This document shows, piece by piece, positions 1 through 7,778 of a stretch of DNA of 64,000 nucleotides (the stretch's first letter is position 1; each line of letters opens with the position of its first letter). The DNA is taken from NCBI GenBank assembly GCA_947501605.1, contig CANMWZ010000013.1:38881-102880 (forward strand), written 5' to 3'. The position numbers and the translations under genes were made by a program. The notes beneath the pieces were generated by a model. The model made no database searches. It saw nothing but the letters and a program-made list of their open reading frames with translations, and was not told the origin of the DNA. The stretch is from Planctomycetota bacterium. GTDB taxonomy: Bacteria > Planctomycetota > UBA1135 > UBA2386.

Positions 1-238
1 AGAACACCGCTTCGGCCGGCAGCTCGTCCGGGCTGATGCCATCCGGCGTCCGGCGGGCGGTTACTTCGAGTAGCCGAGTGACCTGACGGCCACCGCCGGA
101 CGACTGTCCGACCTTGAGCGCGACCTTTTCGCCCGTCTCTTCATGCTGGGCCAGGAACACCGAGGCGAAGCCTCCGCGTCCCAAGAATCGGTTGATCCGA
201 TAGCCCTGCACGATCTCTCCGATCGCAAGCTTCATCAT
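1..238 (-). CDS. Ser/Thr protein kinase (Hanks type), N-terminal part; runs off left edge
   Basis: Not in the ORF track because there is no stop in the window. Manual translation from ATG at 238: MMKLAIGEIVQGYRINRFLGRGGFASVFLAQHEETGEKVALKVG..., giving Gly-rich loop LGRGGFASV and the VALK lysine motif. Confidence 0.85.
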   Translation of the reverse strand, partial: MMKLAIGEIVQGYRINRFLGRGGFASVFLAQHEETGEKVALKVGQSSGGGRQVTRLLEVTARRTPDGISPDELPAEAVF

Positions 239-365
239 CAGTGGTGTCCGTCCCGGTGGCTGTTGGGCGGCTTCGGACCACCCAGGCGGTATTTCGGTAT
301 CCCCTGGAGGGGAGTTGAGTTACGTGCGCCTCCGTCGCGGTGCGGACGGTGCTATCGGGGCTTCT

Positions 366-857
366 TCATGGCGAAATCACGAAGGCTGCCAGCGGGCTCC
401 GGACTACCCCCTCTGGCTGAGGGGCCTCGACGTACCAGTGGAAGGCGCCACCAGCCCCGAGCACCTGTTCCATGGCATCGTCGACCAGCAACTCACAGCC
501 CTCGGCCCGCAGTTTCTTGACCTCGCGATGCTGCTCGTCCAAGAGCACGAGCGTGAACTCGACGGCCTCCCCCTCCCACAGCCAGTGGAAGGCAGTGGGC
601 ATCGCGTGCAACACCCCGCGCGGCATCACGGCGTTGAGACCGCGCGATGTGACGTGGCTACCAGCTAGAGTCCGCAGAACCGACCTTGGCACCGGATAGT
701 CCGGGTCCAGTGCGGCTGCAGCGGCAGCGACGATACAGACGATACCAAAGGGCCGTGTCCAACGAGGGTGCGGTCGCAGCGAGCGAGCATGCGCCACGCA
801 CGCGCTCGTTTCCGGACCGGACCGGTACCTGACAGCTCGCGATAGACCCCCAGACAC
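366..857 (-). CDS. hypothetical protein, one hydrophobic segment plus C-terminal beta-rich domain; start uncertain
   Basis: ORF with hydrophobic FGIVCIVAAAAAAL then a protein-like beta-strand pattern (AFHWLW..EFTLVLLDE..FHWYVEA..RSPLAAFVI); upstream of and co-oriented with the kinase. Confidence 0.6.
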   Translation of the reverse strand: MSGGLSRAVRYRSGPETSACVAHARSLRPHPRWTRPFGIVCIVAAAAAALDPDYPVPRSVLRTLAGSHVTSRGLNAVMPRGVLHAMPTAFHWLWEGEAVEFTLVLLDEQHREVKKLRAEGCELLVDDAMEQVLGAGGAFHWYVEAPQPEGVVRSPLAAFVISP

Positions 858-870
858 ACTAGATGATCGG

Positions 871-2685
871 ATGAGCAGGCCCCCGCATCAGTCGTTTCCT
901 ACATCGAAGAGGCTCACGCCCCTCGCATTCCTGCTCGGCGCCTTCTGCAGTTGCTCCGGCGGCGGCGGCGGAAGTGGAGCGGATGCGCTGGCTCCGACCC
1001 TGGTCGGTGCGGCCTTTGTCGGCGGCAGTTCCCCGGCTCCTGGCGACACTCTGCTGCTGACCTTCAGCGAAGGGATGAGGACGGCAATCGGCGCCACGGT
1101 CGGCAGCGCTGAGTTCGCGCTATCGGGAGGCGACACGCTCGGCACCGCGACCACGGTGCAGAGTCAGCCGACCACGACCACCATGGTGCTGCTGCTCGGC
1201 ACCGGCGTGACGTTCACCCCGGGCACGACGACGCTCGATTTCGCCAGCACCAACGCGACGATCGCCGACGCCGGCGGCAACTCCGGCGATCCGGGCGCGG
1301 CCATCACGATCGAGGGATCCGATGGCGCGGCGCCGACGATCGACCGCCTGACCGTCGCCGCCATCGATCAGGCGCTGAACGGCACCGGCCCCGCGGGCGG
1401 CACCTTGCAGGTCCCGCAGAACCTGTTCCCGATCGACCTCGCCTTCACGGACACCGGCTCGCCCGGGTCCCCGCTCGGGGTCGATGCCGCGCGGACGCAG
1501 ATCACCGCCAGCGTCGCCGTGCTGACCAGCGGCCAGAGTCGTCCCGCCGGCACCAACCTGACGCCGTTCCTGACTGCGGGCGCCGCGTCGACGACTGCCG
1601 CGCGCTTCTCGGTTCCTGCCACCGTGATCCTGCCGGCCGGGCCGCTGACCTTCACGGTCGTTGTCGTCGACGGCGGGGGCCTCGCTTCGACGGCCGCGAC
1701 GTTTGACGTCACCGTGCGCGCCTTCACCGACGCGCTACGCCCGTTCGAGACCACCGTCAACGCGCAGCAAGTCTGGTTCCTCGACACGAGCCGCGACGTC
1801 GAGTCGTTTTCGACCCTGACCGCAGCTGGCGTCACCTCGATCGAAGTGACGACTGGCGCGAGCGGCCGCTCCGACTTCCTCGACGTCCTCCACGTGATGG
1901 GCCTGCAAACAACGACGCCGCAGACCGGCAGCGGCACCGACAGCAACATCGAAGCACTCGACCTACTGAGGAGCCGCATCCTGGCCGAGCTCGCAGGCTT
2001 CTATGCAGGCTGCAACGTGTCGTTCACGTGGACGCAGCCGACCGGGAACTTCGGCACCACGTCGAGCTTCAGCTACGGCAGCTTCGGCTACTCGCAGATC
2101 TGCCTCGGCGGCGCCTTCGATGCCACCTCGGCGGTCCTCGGCGTCGCCCAGTTCGACCCCAACAACACCCGGCAAAACAACAACTGCCTGCTCGAGGATG
2201 GCACCAACCCACGCCTCGGCGTGTTCCTCCACACCATCGCCGACGGCGGCTTCCGATCGTCGGCCGGCACGACCTTTCGCGTGCTGTTCAATCAGCTCGC
2301 TCCGGCCCTCGGCGGCAACCCGATCGGCACCGTCGCCAACGACCTGCAGCGCCTTCTCGGCACGCAAAGCGACGGCCGCGCCGCACTCATCGAGGTCGCC
2401 GTGGAGGACATCGCGCGCTACCTCGCCGTCGTACTCGCCCACGAGTGCGGCCACTCACATGGCCTCGTGCAGAACGGTGCGCAACCGACCGGCCTCTACG
2501 GCAATGACACCGTCAACTTTCCGAGCTCGACCAACGGGCACATCCGGACGCCACTTCTCTTTCCGAATGGCGGCATCAACATCATGAGCCCGTCCTTGAG
2601 CTACACGCTCGCAACCGACCCGAACACCGCGTTCAACAGCCTCAACTTGGCCTACCTGCGTGAGCAAGTGTCCTACGGCAATTGA
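871..2685 (+). CDS. lipoprotein with Ig-like N-terminal region and C-terminal zincin/metzincin-like metallopeptidase domain
   Basis: Lipoprotein-like signal ...LLGAFCSCSGGGGG, Thr-rich beta region, HECGHSHGL motif and Met-turn-like NIMSP. Confidence 0.75.
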   Translation: MSRPPHQSFPTSKRLTPLAFLLGAFCSCSGGGGGSGADALAPTLVGAAFVGGSSPAPGDTLLLTFSEGMRTAIGATVGSAEFALSGGDTLGTATTVQSQPTTTTMVLLLGTGVTFTPGTTTLDFASTNATIADAGGNSGDPGAAITIEGSDGAAPTIDRLTVAAIDQALNGTGPAGGTLQVPQNLFPIDLAFTDTGSPGSPLGVDAARTQITASVAVLTSGQSRPAGTNLTPFLTAGAASTTAARFSVPATVILPAGPLTFTVVVVDGGGLASTAATFDVTVRAFTDALRPFETTVNAQQVWFLDTSRDVESFSTLTAAGVTSIEVTTGASGRSDFLDVLHVMGLQTTTPQTGSGTDSNIEALDLLRSRILAELAGFYAGCNVSFTWTQPTGNFGTTSSFSYGSFGYSQICLGGAFDATSAVLGVAQFDPNNTRQNNNCLLEDGTNPRLGVFLHTIADGGFRSSAGTTFRVLFNQLAPALGGNPIGTVANDLQRLLGTQSDGRAALIEVAVEDIARYLAVVLAHECGHSHGLVQNGAQPTGLYGNDTVNFPSSTNGHIRTPLLFPNGGINIMSPSLSYTLATDPNTAFNSLNLAYLREQVSYGN

Positions 2686-2686
2686 C

Positions 2687-3745
2687 ATGACCAGAACGTC
2701 CACGTCTGCGGGCCTAGCAGCCCTCCTGCTCAGCCTCGCTGCGGTCCCTCTGCATGCGCAAGAACTGCGATTCGCTCTACTCGACGCCGACCTCGTCACC
2801 GTTGCGCGCCAACTCGGCAAGCAGTCCTTTGACGACAACGTCGACCTGCACAAGGTGCAGGTGATCCAGACTCTGCGCAGCGGCGGCGGCACGATCCCCG
2901 CGACGGTCACAGTGCTCGACTGGCCAAACCTGTCGCTGCACAACCGCCCGCAACCGCGCCAGAGTCGGCTCTATTGCCTGCACGACGCGACCCGCGACGC
3001 GCAGCGCTTGGGCCTTCCGGCTGACCAAGGCCCGTACTACCGAATGAACGGCCGCGCCGGCAGCAACCCGCTCGTGGGGCAAGACCTGACCCGGGACCCG
3101 ATCGCGCGCTTTGCCCAACTGATCGCTGATGGCGAAGCCGGCCACGCCCCTCTCGTCACCGCGACGGCGCTTCTCGCCACCGCAATCGGCGACGACGCGA
3201 CGACGCGCCTCGAAGCGGCTCGACATCTCGCCGAGCAGCCCCTGCTGGCCGCACGCATCACACCGCTGCAGTGGAGCGACGTCCTCAGTCGCACGAGCGC
3301 CGAGACCGCCGACGCCGAGTACAAGGTTGCGCTCGCCGAGCTTTGCGTCGGCCAGCGTCTTCCGGGCCTGGTCGAAGCACTGATCGTCGGCCTCGACACG
3401 ATGCACAACGCCGAGTACGCGCGCGCCGTCGGCCGCCTCTGCTCCGTGCTGCTCGGCGAAGACGCTGCAGAACCGCTGCTGAAGCGCCTGGCCTCCAACG
3501 CTGACGGCAACACGCGCAAGGCGATGCTGCTAGCGCTCGGCGCCACGCGGGTACCGAAGGCGCTCGAAGCGCTCCTTCAGTGGAAGCAACTCGACAGCAA
3601 CGATGCGGCCATCAACGCGGCACTCAAAGAGCACGGCGGCAAAGTCGCACGGGAGGCAGCGGAGCCAAAGCCGGACGCCAAGGATGACGGGCAGAAACCC
3701 GACGTCAAGAAGCACGAGGCCAAGCCCGACTCGGGCGGCAAGTGA
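2687..3745 (+). CDS. secreted hypothetical protein with HEAT-like helical repeats
   Basis: ATG 1 nt after previous stop; signal peptide ending LHAQ; repeats such as TRLEAARHLAE and TRKAMLLALGATRVPKALEALL; charged C-terminal tail. Confidence 0.7.
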   Translation: MTRTSTSAGLAALLLSLAAVPLHAQELRFALLDADLVTVARQLGKQSFDDNVDLHKVQVIQTLRSGGGTIPATVTVLDWPNLSLHNRPQPRQSRLYCLHDATRDAQRLGLPADQGPYYRMNGRAGSNPLVGQDLTRDPIARFAQLIADGEAGHAPLVTATALLATAIGDDATTRLEAARHLAEQPLLAARITPLQWSDVLSRTSAETADAEYKVALAELCVGQRLPGLVEALIVGLDTMHNAEYARAVGRLCSVLLGEDAAEPLLKRLASNADGNTRKAMLLALGATRVPKALEALLQWKQLDSNDAAINAALKEHGGKVAREAAEPKPDAKDDGQKPDVKKHEAKPDSGGK

Positions 3746-3775
3746 CCTTCTGGGGCTCCTGCCGTCGCGTCTTGA

Positions 3776-4897
3776 TTAGCGCTGCGTGCCGCGCACAGCC
3801 TCGAGGACCGACGTCACTTCGCGGATGTCATTGCGCAACAGCATGACCTGCAGGCGCGGCACAACCACGGGCACGGCCGTGGCGTCGGTTCCAGACTGCG
3901 GTGAGTCGTCGAGATAGCACACGGAGCCCAGATAGCCGAGTCGCCACTGCACGAAGGGCTTCTCTTGGTGCCGCCCGATCTCGACTTGCACAACGCCGTT
4001 GACCTCGCGCAGCGTGAGGTCGTAACCAGCGACGAGCAGATACTGCAGGGGATCCGAGCTCGTCCGCGGCGGCACCGGCAGGTCCTGCCGCCACACTTCG
4101 GACTCCTTCGCCAAGATCAACCCAACTTCCGCCGCCGCAGACTCGTGCCAACGTGCCCCGCGCGACAGCGCCAGCGCCTGCAGTGACTCGATCATCGGAC
4201 CGACCTGCAGACACAGGCGATGGCGCGGCAGCTTGCGCCCGAGTGCGATCTCCTTGGGGGCCAGCACGCGCGACAGTGCCACGAGCGGCCCGGCCGCCGC
4301 AGCGCGATACAGCACGTCACCGCCACCAAGGCAGAACACGGGCGGCAAGCGACTGTCGCCACGCGCGCGTTCGCGCACCGGACTGCCGCGCCGCCAGAGG
4401 CTGACCGCAGCTTCGCCACCGATCACATCGACGGCGACAATGGGAGCACGTCGCGAACCGCTGCGATCGACGCGCACCAGGCAGCCGTCGGCCAACGTGA
4501 ACTCGATCCCGCTGGTGAAGGGCCCCGCGACCGAACCGTCACGAAGATGGACGTAGCCATCGGGGGCGAAGAGCACTTCGCGATCCGACGCAAACGTCAG
4601 CTTGACGCCTTCGCGCTGACACGCGACGCGCACGCCACCTGGCGTGATGCACGAACCTGGCTCGCCGGGCAGGGACGGATCCCGCGTGGCAGAGTCGGGC
4701 AGCACCCCGCCGTCGCCGAGGCGGAACGCAGCCGGCAGCGTCGAGCCAACGGCAGCAAAGACCAACCCGGCGTCGACCGTGGGGTCGATCGAGGCGCTGG
4801 CCTCCTTCGGTGTCGACGAGCGACCTACGGCGGTCGCGACGGCGGGCTGCTGCGGCAGCAACAGCGGGAGCAGGAAGAGCGTGCAGGAGATGCCCAT
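3776..4897 (-). CDS. secreted hypothetical protein
   Basis: 373 aa ORF with hydrophobic N-terminus (LFLLPLLLPQ); fills the gap between flanking genes; preceded by a sigma28-like motif. Confidence 0.7.
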   Translation of the reverse strand: MGISCTLFLLPLLLPQQPAVATAVGRSSTPKEASASIDPTVDAGLVFAAVGSTLPAAFRLGDGGVLPDSATRDPSLPGEPGSCITPGGVRVACQREGVKLTFASDREVLFAPDGYVHLRDGSVAGPFTSGIEFTLADGCLVRVDRSGSRRAPIVAVDVIGGEAAVSLWRRGSPVRERARGDSRLPPVFCLGGGDVLYRAAAAGPLVALSRVLAPKEIALGRKLPRHRLCLQVGPMIESLQALALSRGARWHESAAAEVGLILAKESEVWRQDLPVPPRTSSDPLQYLLVAGYDLTLREVNGVVQVEIGRHQEKPFVQWRLGYLGSVCYLDDSPQSGTDATAVPVVVPRLQVMLLRNDIREVTSVLEAVRGTQR

Positions 4898-4907
4898 CGC
4901 ATGGGCC

Positions 4908-4935
4908 TATCGGCTGCTTTGGGGGGGAAGGTTGT
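4908..4935 (-). promoter_or_regulatory. sigma28 (FliA/WhiG)-like promoter motif ACAAC-N16-GCCGATA
   Basis: Minus strand reads ACAAC cttcccccccaaagca GCCGATA, 10 nt before ATG 4897; same spacing as three other sites. Confidence 0.5.
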
Positions 4936-4947
4936 GGCGATTGCGCC

Positions 4948-6177
4948 TTACCCCTCCGCCACTCCCAGTCCCTGGGCCAGAGCTCCAAGGAACGCGCCCA
5001 CATCCGTGACGATCCCCTGGCTCTGCGCCGAACCGCGGTCGCTCAGCTTTGCCACCACCGCCGGGTGGATGTCGACGCAGACCGTCTGCACGTCGGCCGC
5101 GATCATGTTCCCGGTGCCGATGCCGTGCAGCATCGAGCCGAGGATCACCACCAATCCCGCGCCTTCGAGAATCTCGGCGTAGCGCGCCTGCGCTGCCAGC
5201 AAGTCCATCATCGTGTCCGGCAGCGGTCCGTCGTCACGAATGGAACCGGCGAGGCAAAACGGCACCTTCGAGGTGATGGTTGCGTGCATGACGCCGGCCT
5301 TCAGTTGCTTGCGCTCGACAGCCTTCTGCAGGCTGCCCGTGCGGCGGATCTTGTTGATCGCGCGCATGTGGTGCATGTGCCCGTGGACCGACGGCGCGCC
5401 GGTTTTCAGATCGACGCCGAGGCTGGTTCCGAACATCGCCGCCTCCACATCGTGGACCGCGAGCGCGTTGCCTGACAGCAAGCCATCGACGTGACCGCTG
5501 CGCAGAATCGCCGCCAGCGTGCCTGCCGCGCCGACGTGGATGACCACCGGCCCGGCCACGAGAATGACCTTGCGGCCGTCGGCGCGAACCTGCTTCCACG
5601 TACGGACCACCTGATCCACCTGCGCCACGAGGCGACGTTCGCTCGAAGCGCCGCCTTGCATGAAGCCGAACTTCGATTCCTGCAGCTTGCGCGTCGTTTG
5701 CGCAGTCACACGCACGCCGTCGTAGCCCGTGATGACCTTGTCGCCAACTTGCAGATCGCGGAGCTTGATGCAGCGGGCTCGACCGTCAGCCAGAACCACC
5801 GCCGCGTCCATGCGCTGCTTCTCGACCAGGACCCAGATCCCCTGAACATGCACCTCGGTGACCAGATTGGTCGTCGAGTAGAACCCCTCCGGGGCAGTGC
5901 CCGCGATGTCCACCGGCTCGAACTTGCAGTCCTCGGTGTTGGTCTCGTTGATGCCGAGCGACATCAGGTCGGCGCGAATGCGCAAGTAGACCTTCTGGTT
6001 CGGGGAGACGACCTCGAGCTCCAGTTCGGACTCATCCGAGCGATGCTTGCCAATGTCGAGTCGCAGCACGTTGTAAGTCGCACCGGCGGCCTGAACGGCC
6101 TCCATCGCGTCGGACATCAGGCCCGAGTCGATCAAGTGGCCCCTGGCCCGGAAGACGGCGGTGACAAGCTTCGGCAT
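4948..6177 (-). CDS. TIGR00300 family (LOR/SDH-domain) ornithine cyclodeaminase, homologous to the ArgZ/AgrE C-terminal region
   Basis: Motifs GHLIDSG, PEGFYSTTN, RMDA, FGFM...SSER, GNALAVHD, LAGSIRDDGPLP, MLHGIGTGN, KLSDRGS..GIVTDVG. Confidence 0.9.
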   Translation of the reverse strand: MPKLVTAVFRARGHLIDSGLMSDAMEAVQAAGATYNVLRLDIGKHRSDESELELEVVSPNQKVYLRIRADLMSLGINETNTEDCKFEPVDIAGTAPEGFYSTTNLVTEVHVQGIWVLVEKQRMDAAVVLADGRARCIKLRDLQVGDKVITGYDGVRVTAQTTRKLQESKFGFMQGGASSERRLVAQVDQVVRTWKQVRADGRKVILVAGPVVIHVGAAGTLAAILRSGHVDGLLSGNALAVHDVEAAMFGTSLGVDLKTGAPSVHGHMHHMRAINKIRRTGSLQKAVERKQLKAGVMHATITSKVPFCLAGSIRDDGPLPDTMMDLLAAQARYAEILEGAGLVVILGSMLHGIGTGNMIAADVQTVCVDIHPAVVAKLSDRGSAQSQGIVTDVGAFLGALAQGLGVAEG

Positions 6178-6272
6178 GCGGCGCGCAGGTTACCGGGGCC
6201 GGGACCAAAGCCGCCACCCTTACGCGGCGGGGCGAACACCGGGCGAACCAGCAACCCCACGGGCCGTGCGGG

Positions 6273-6300
6273 TCAAGTCGTCGGTGCCATCGCGCCGATA
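6273..6300 (+). promoter_or_regulatory. sigma28-like promoter motif TCAAG-N16-GCCGATA upstream of the glycosyl/methyltransferase operon
   Basis: TCAAG 6273-6277, GCCGATA 6294-6300, ATG at 6312. Confidence 0.6.
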
Positions 6301-6311
6301 GCACCGCTCGT

Positions 6312-7778
6312 ATGGAGTCGGCAACGAACGAACGGACTGCGGTCGCCGAGCGACGGCAGGATGCGGAGTGTCTTGGTCTTCAGTGGTCGGTCGATCCGAC
6401 CACGCGGTTCGGTCGCGCGGTGTGCGAGCAAGGGGTGTTTGCACCTGCAACCACGCGGTTGCTGCTCGCGGCCGTTCAGCCCGACATGGTCGTGCTGGAC
6501 GTCGGCGCTCACGTCGGCTGGTTCACGTTGTTGCTGGCGCAGCGGACGGGGGCGAAGGGCCGCGTCATCGCGTTCGAGCCGGTCGCCTGCTACCGCCGCG
6601 AACTGCAGCGCCACCTCGTTCAGAACGGCTTGCAGCAGCGCACGACGGTGATGCCGTTCGGGCTCTCGGACGTCGACGGCGAACGCACTGCGGTGCTCGC
6701 CGACTCGACCGCGACGCTGCACTGGACTGGCGGCTCGGTCCCGCGCGGACGTGAAGTCGTCGCCGTGCGGCGCCTCGACGATGTCGTCGTCGAACTCGGC
6801 CTGCCGCGCATCGACCTCATTCGCCTCGACCTCGACGGCCACGAACTCAAGGCGCTGCGCGGCGCCGAGAACGTGCTCATGCGCGATCGCCCGTTGCTGT
6901 CGATCGCGTTTGCGCAACAGCACCTTCACCACGACGGCGCCGACGTGCGCGCCCAACTGAAGCTGCTGCACGATCTCCACTACGAGCTCGTCGACGAGCA
7001 GACCGGGATGCCGTACGCGAGCGACGCTGAGTGCCTGCAAGTGTGCGGCAACTTCGATCGCACCGCGCACGCACTCGCGGTCCCGATCGAGCGACTCGCC
7101 GGCATGCCCGTCAAGCTGCACCAGGACCTCGCGTCGATGCAGGCGGAGTTCGGCTTCGTCCGCAACGGTCATATTCTCGAGAGCGACATCGACGTCCCGG
7201 AGAACGACTGCGAACTGCACGACCGCAAACGTCGAGACGCCGAAGTGCTCTGCGCCGTCGCCGCCAACGCCGCCGGCAACTGCCTCGACCTCGGCACCTC
7301 GCACGGCCGCAGCGCCTTCAAGCTGGCGACCAACGTCGGCGACGAACACACGGTATTCACGGTCAACATGCTGCCCGAGCAAGCAGCCGCTGCCGGCGTG
7401 CACATCACTCACGTGTTGCAGCAGCACGAGATCGGCAGCTACTGCCGCGAGCACGGGCTGCAGAACGTCGTGCAGATCTATGCCGACACCTCCACCTGGC
7501 AACCCGACGCGCGTCTCGACGGCCTCGCGATGGCCTTCGTCGATGCCTGCCACGACAGCGAGGCCGTGCGCCGCGACTCGCATCTCGCGTGGGCACGACT
7601 GCGCCCTGGCGGCTTCCTTGTCTGGCATGACTACAGCCCAGTGCAGCGACAGCGCCACGACTGGATCCGTACTTCGATGCTCGGCGTCGCGCAGTTCCTC
7701 GCCGACGTCGGCCATCGCGGTCCAGTGCACCACTTGCGCGGCAGCTGGATCGGCTTGATCCGCAAGGACGGCCGATGA
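6312..7778 (+). CDS. double methyltransferase: FkbM family plus class I SAM (Methyltransf_24-like)
   Basis: N-half VLDVGAHVG, VIAFEP, RRLDD, IRLDLDGHELKALRG; C-half LDLGTSHGRS, AFVDACHDSEAVRRD, LRPGGFLVWHDY. Confidence 0.85.
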   Translation: MESATNERTAVAERRQDAECLGLQWSVDPTTRFGRAVCEQGVFAPATTRLLLAAVQPDMVVLDVGAHVGWFTLLLAQRTGAKGRVIAFEPVACYRRELQRHLVQNGLQQRTTVMPFGLSDVDGERTAVLADSTATLHWTGGSVPRGREVVAVRRLDDVVVELGLPRIDLIRLDLDGHELKALRGAENVLMRDRPLLSIAFAQQHLHHDGADVRAQLKLLHDLHYELVDEQTGMPYASDAECLQVCGNFDRTAHALAVPIERLAGMPVKLHQDLASMQAEFGFVRNGHILESDIDVPENDCELHDRKRRDAEVLCAVAANAAGNCLDLGTSHGRSAFKLATNVGDEHTVFTVNMLPEQAAAAGVHITHVLQQHEIGSYCREHGLQNVVQIYADTSTWQPDARLDGLAMAFVDACHDSEAVRRDSHLAWARLRPGGFLVWHDYSPVQRQRHDWIRTSMLGVAQFLADVGHRGPVHHLRGSWIGLIRKDGR

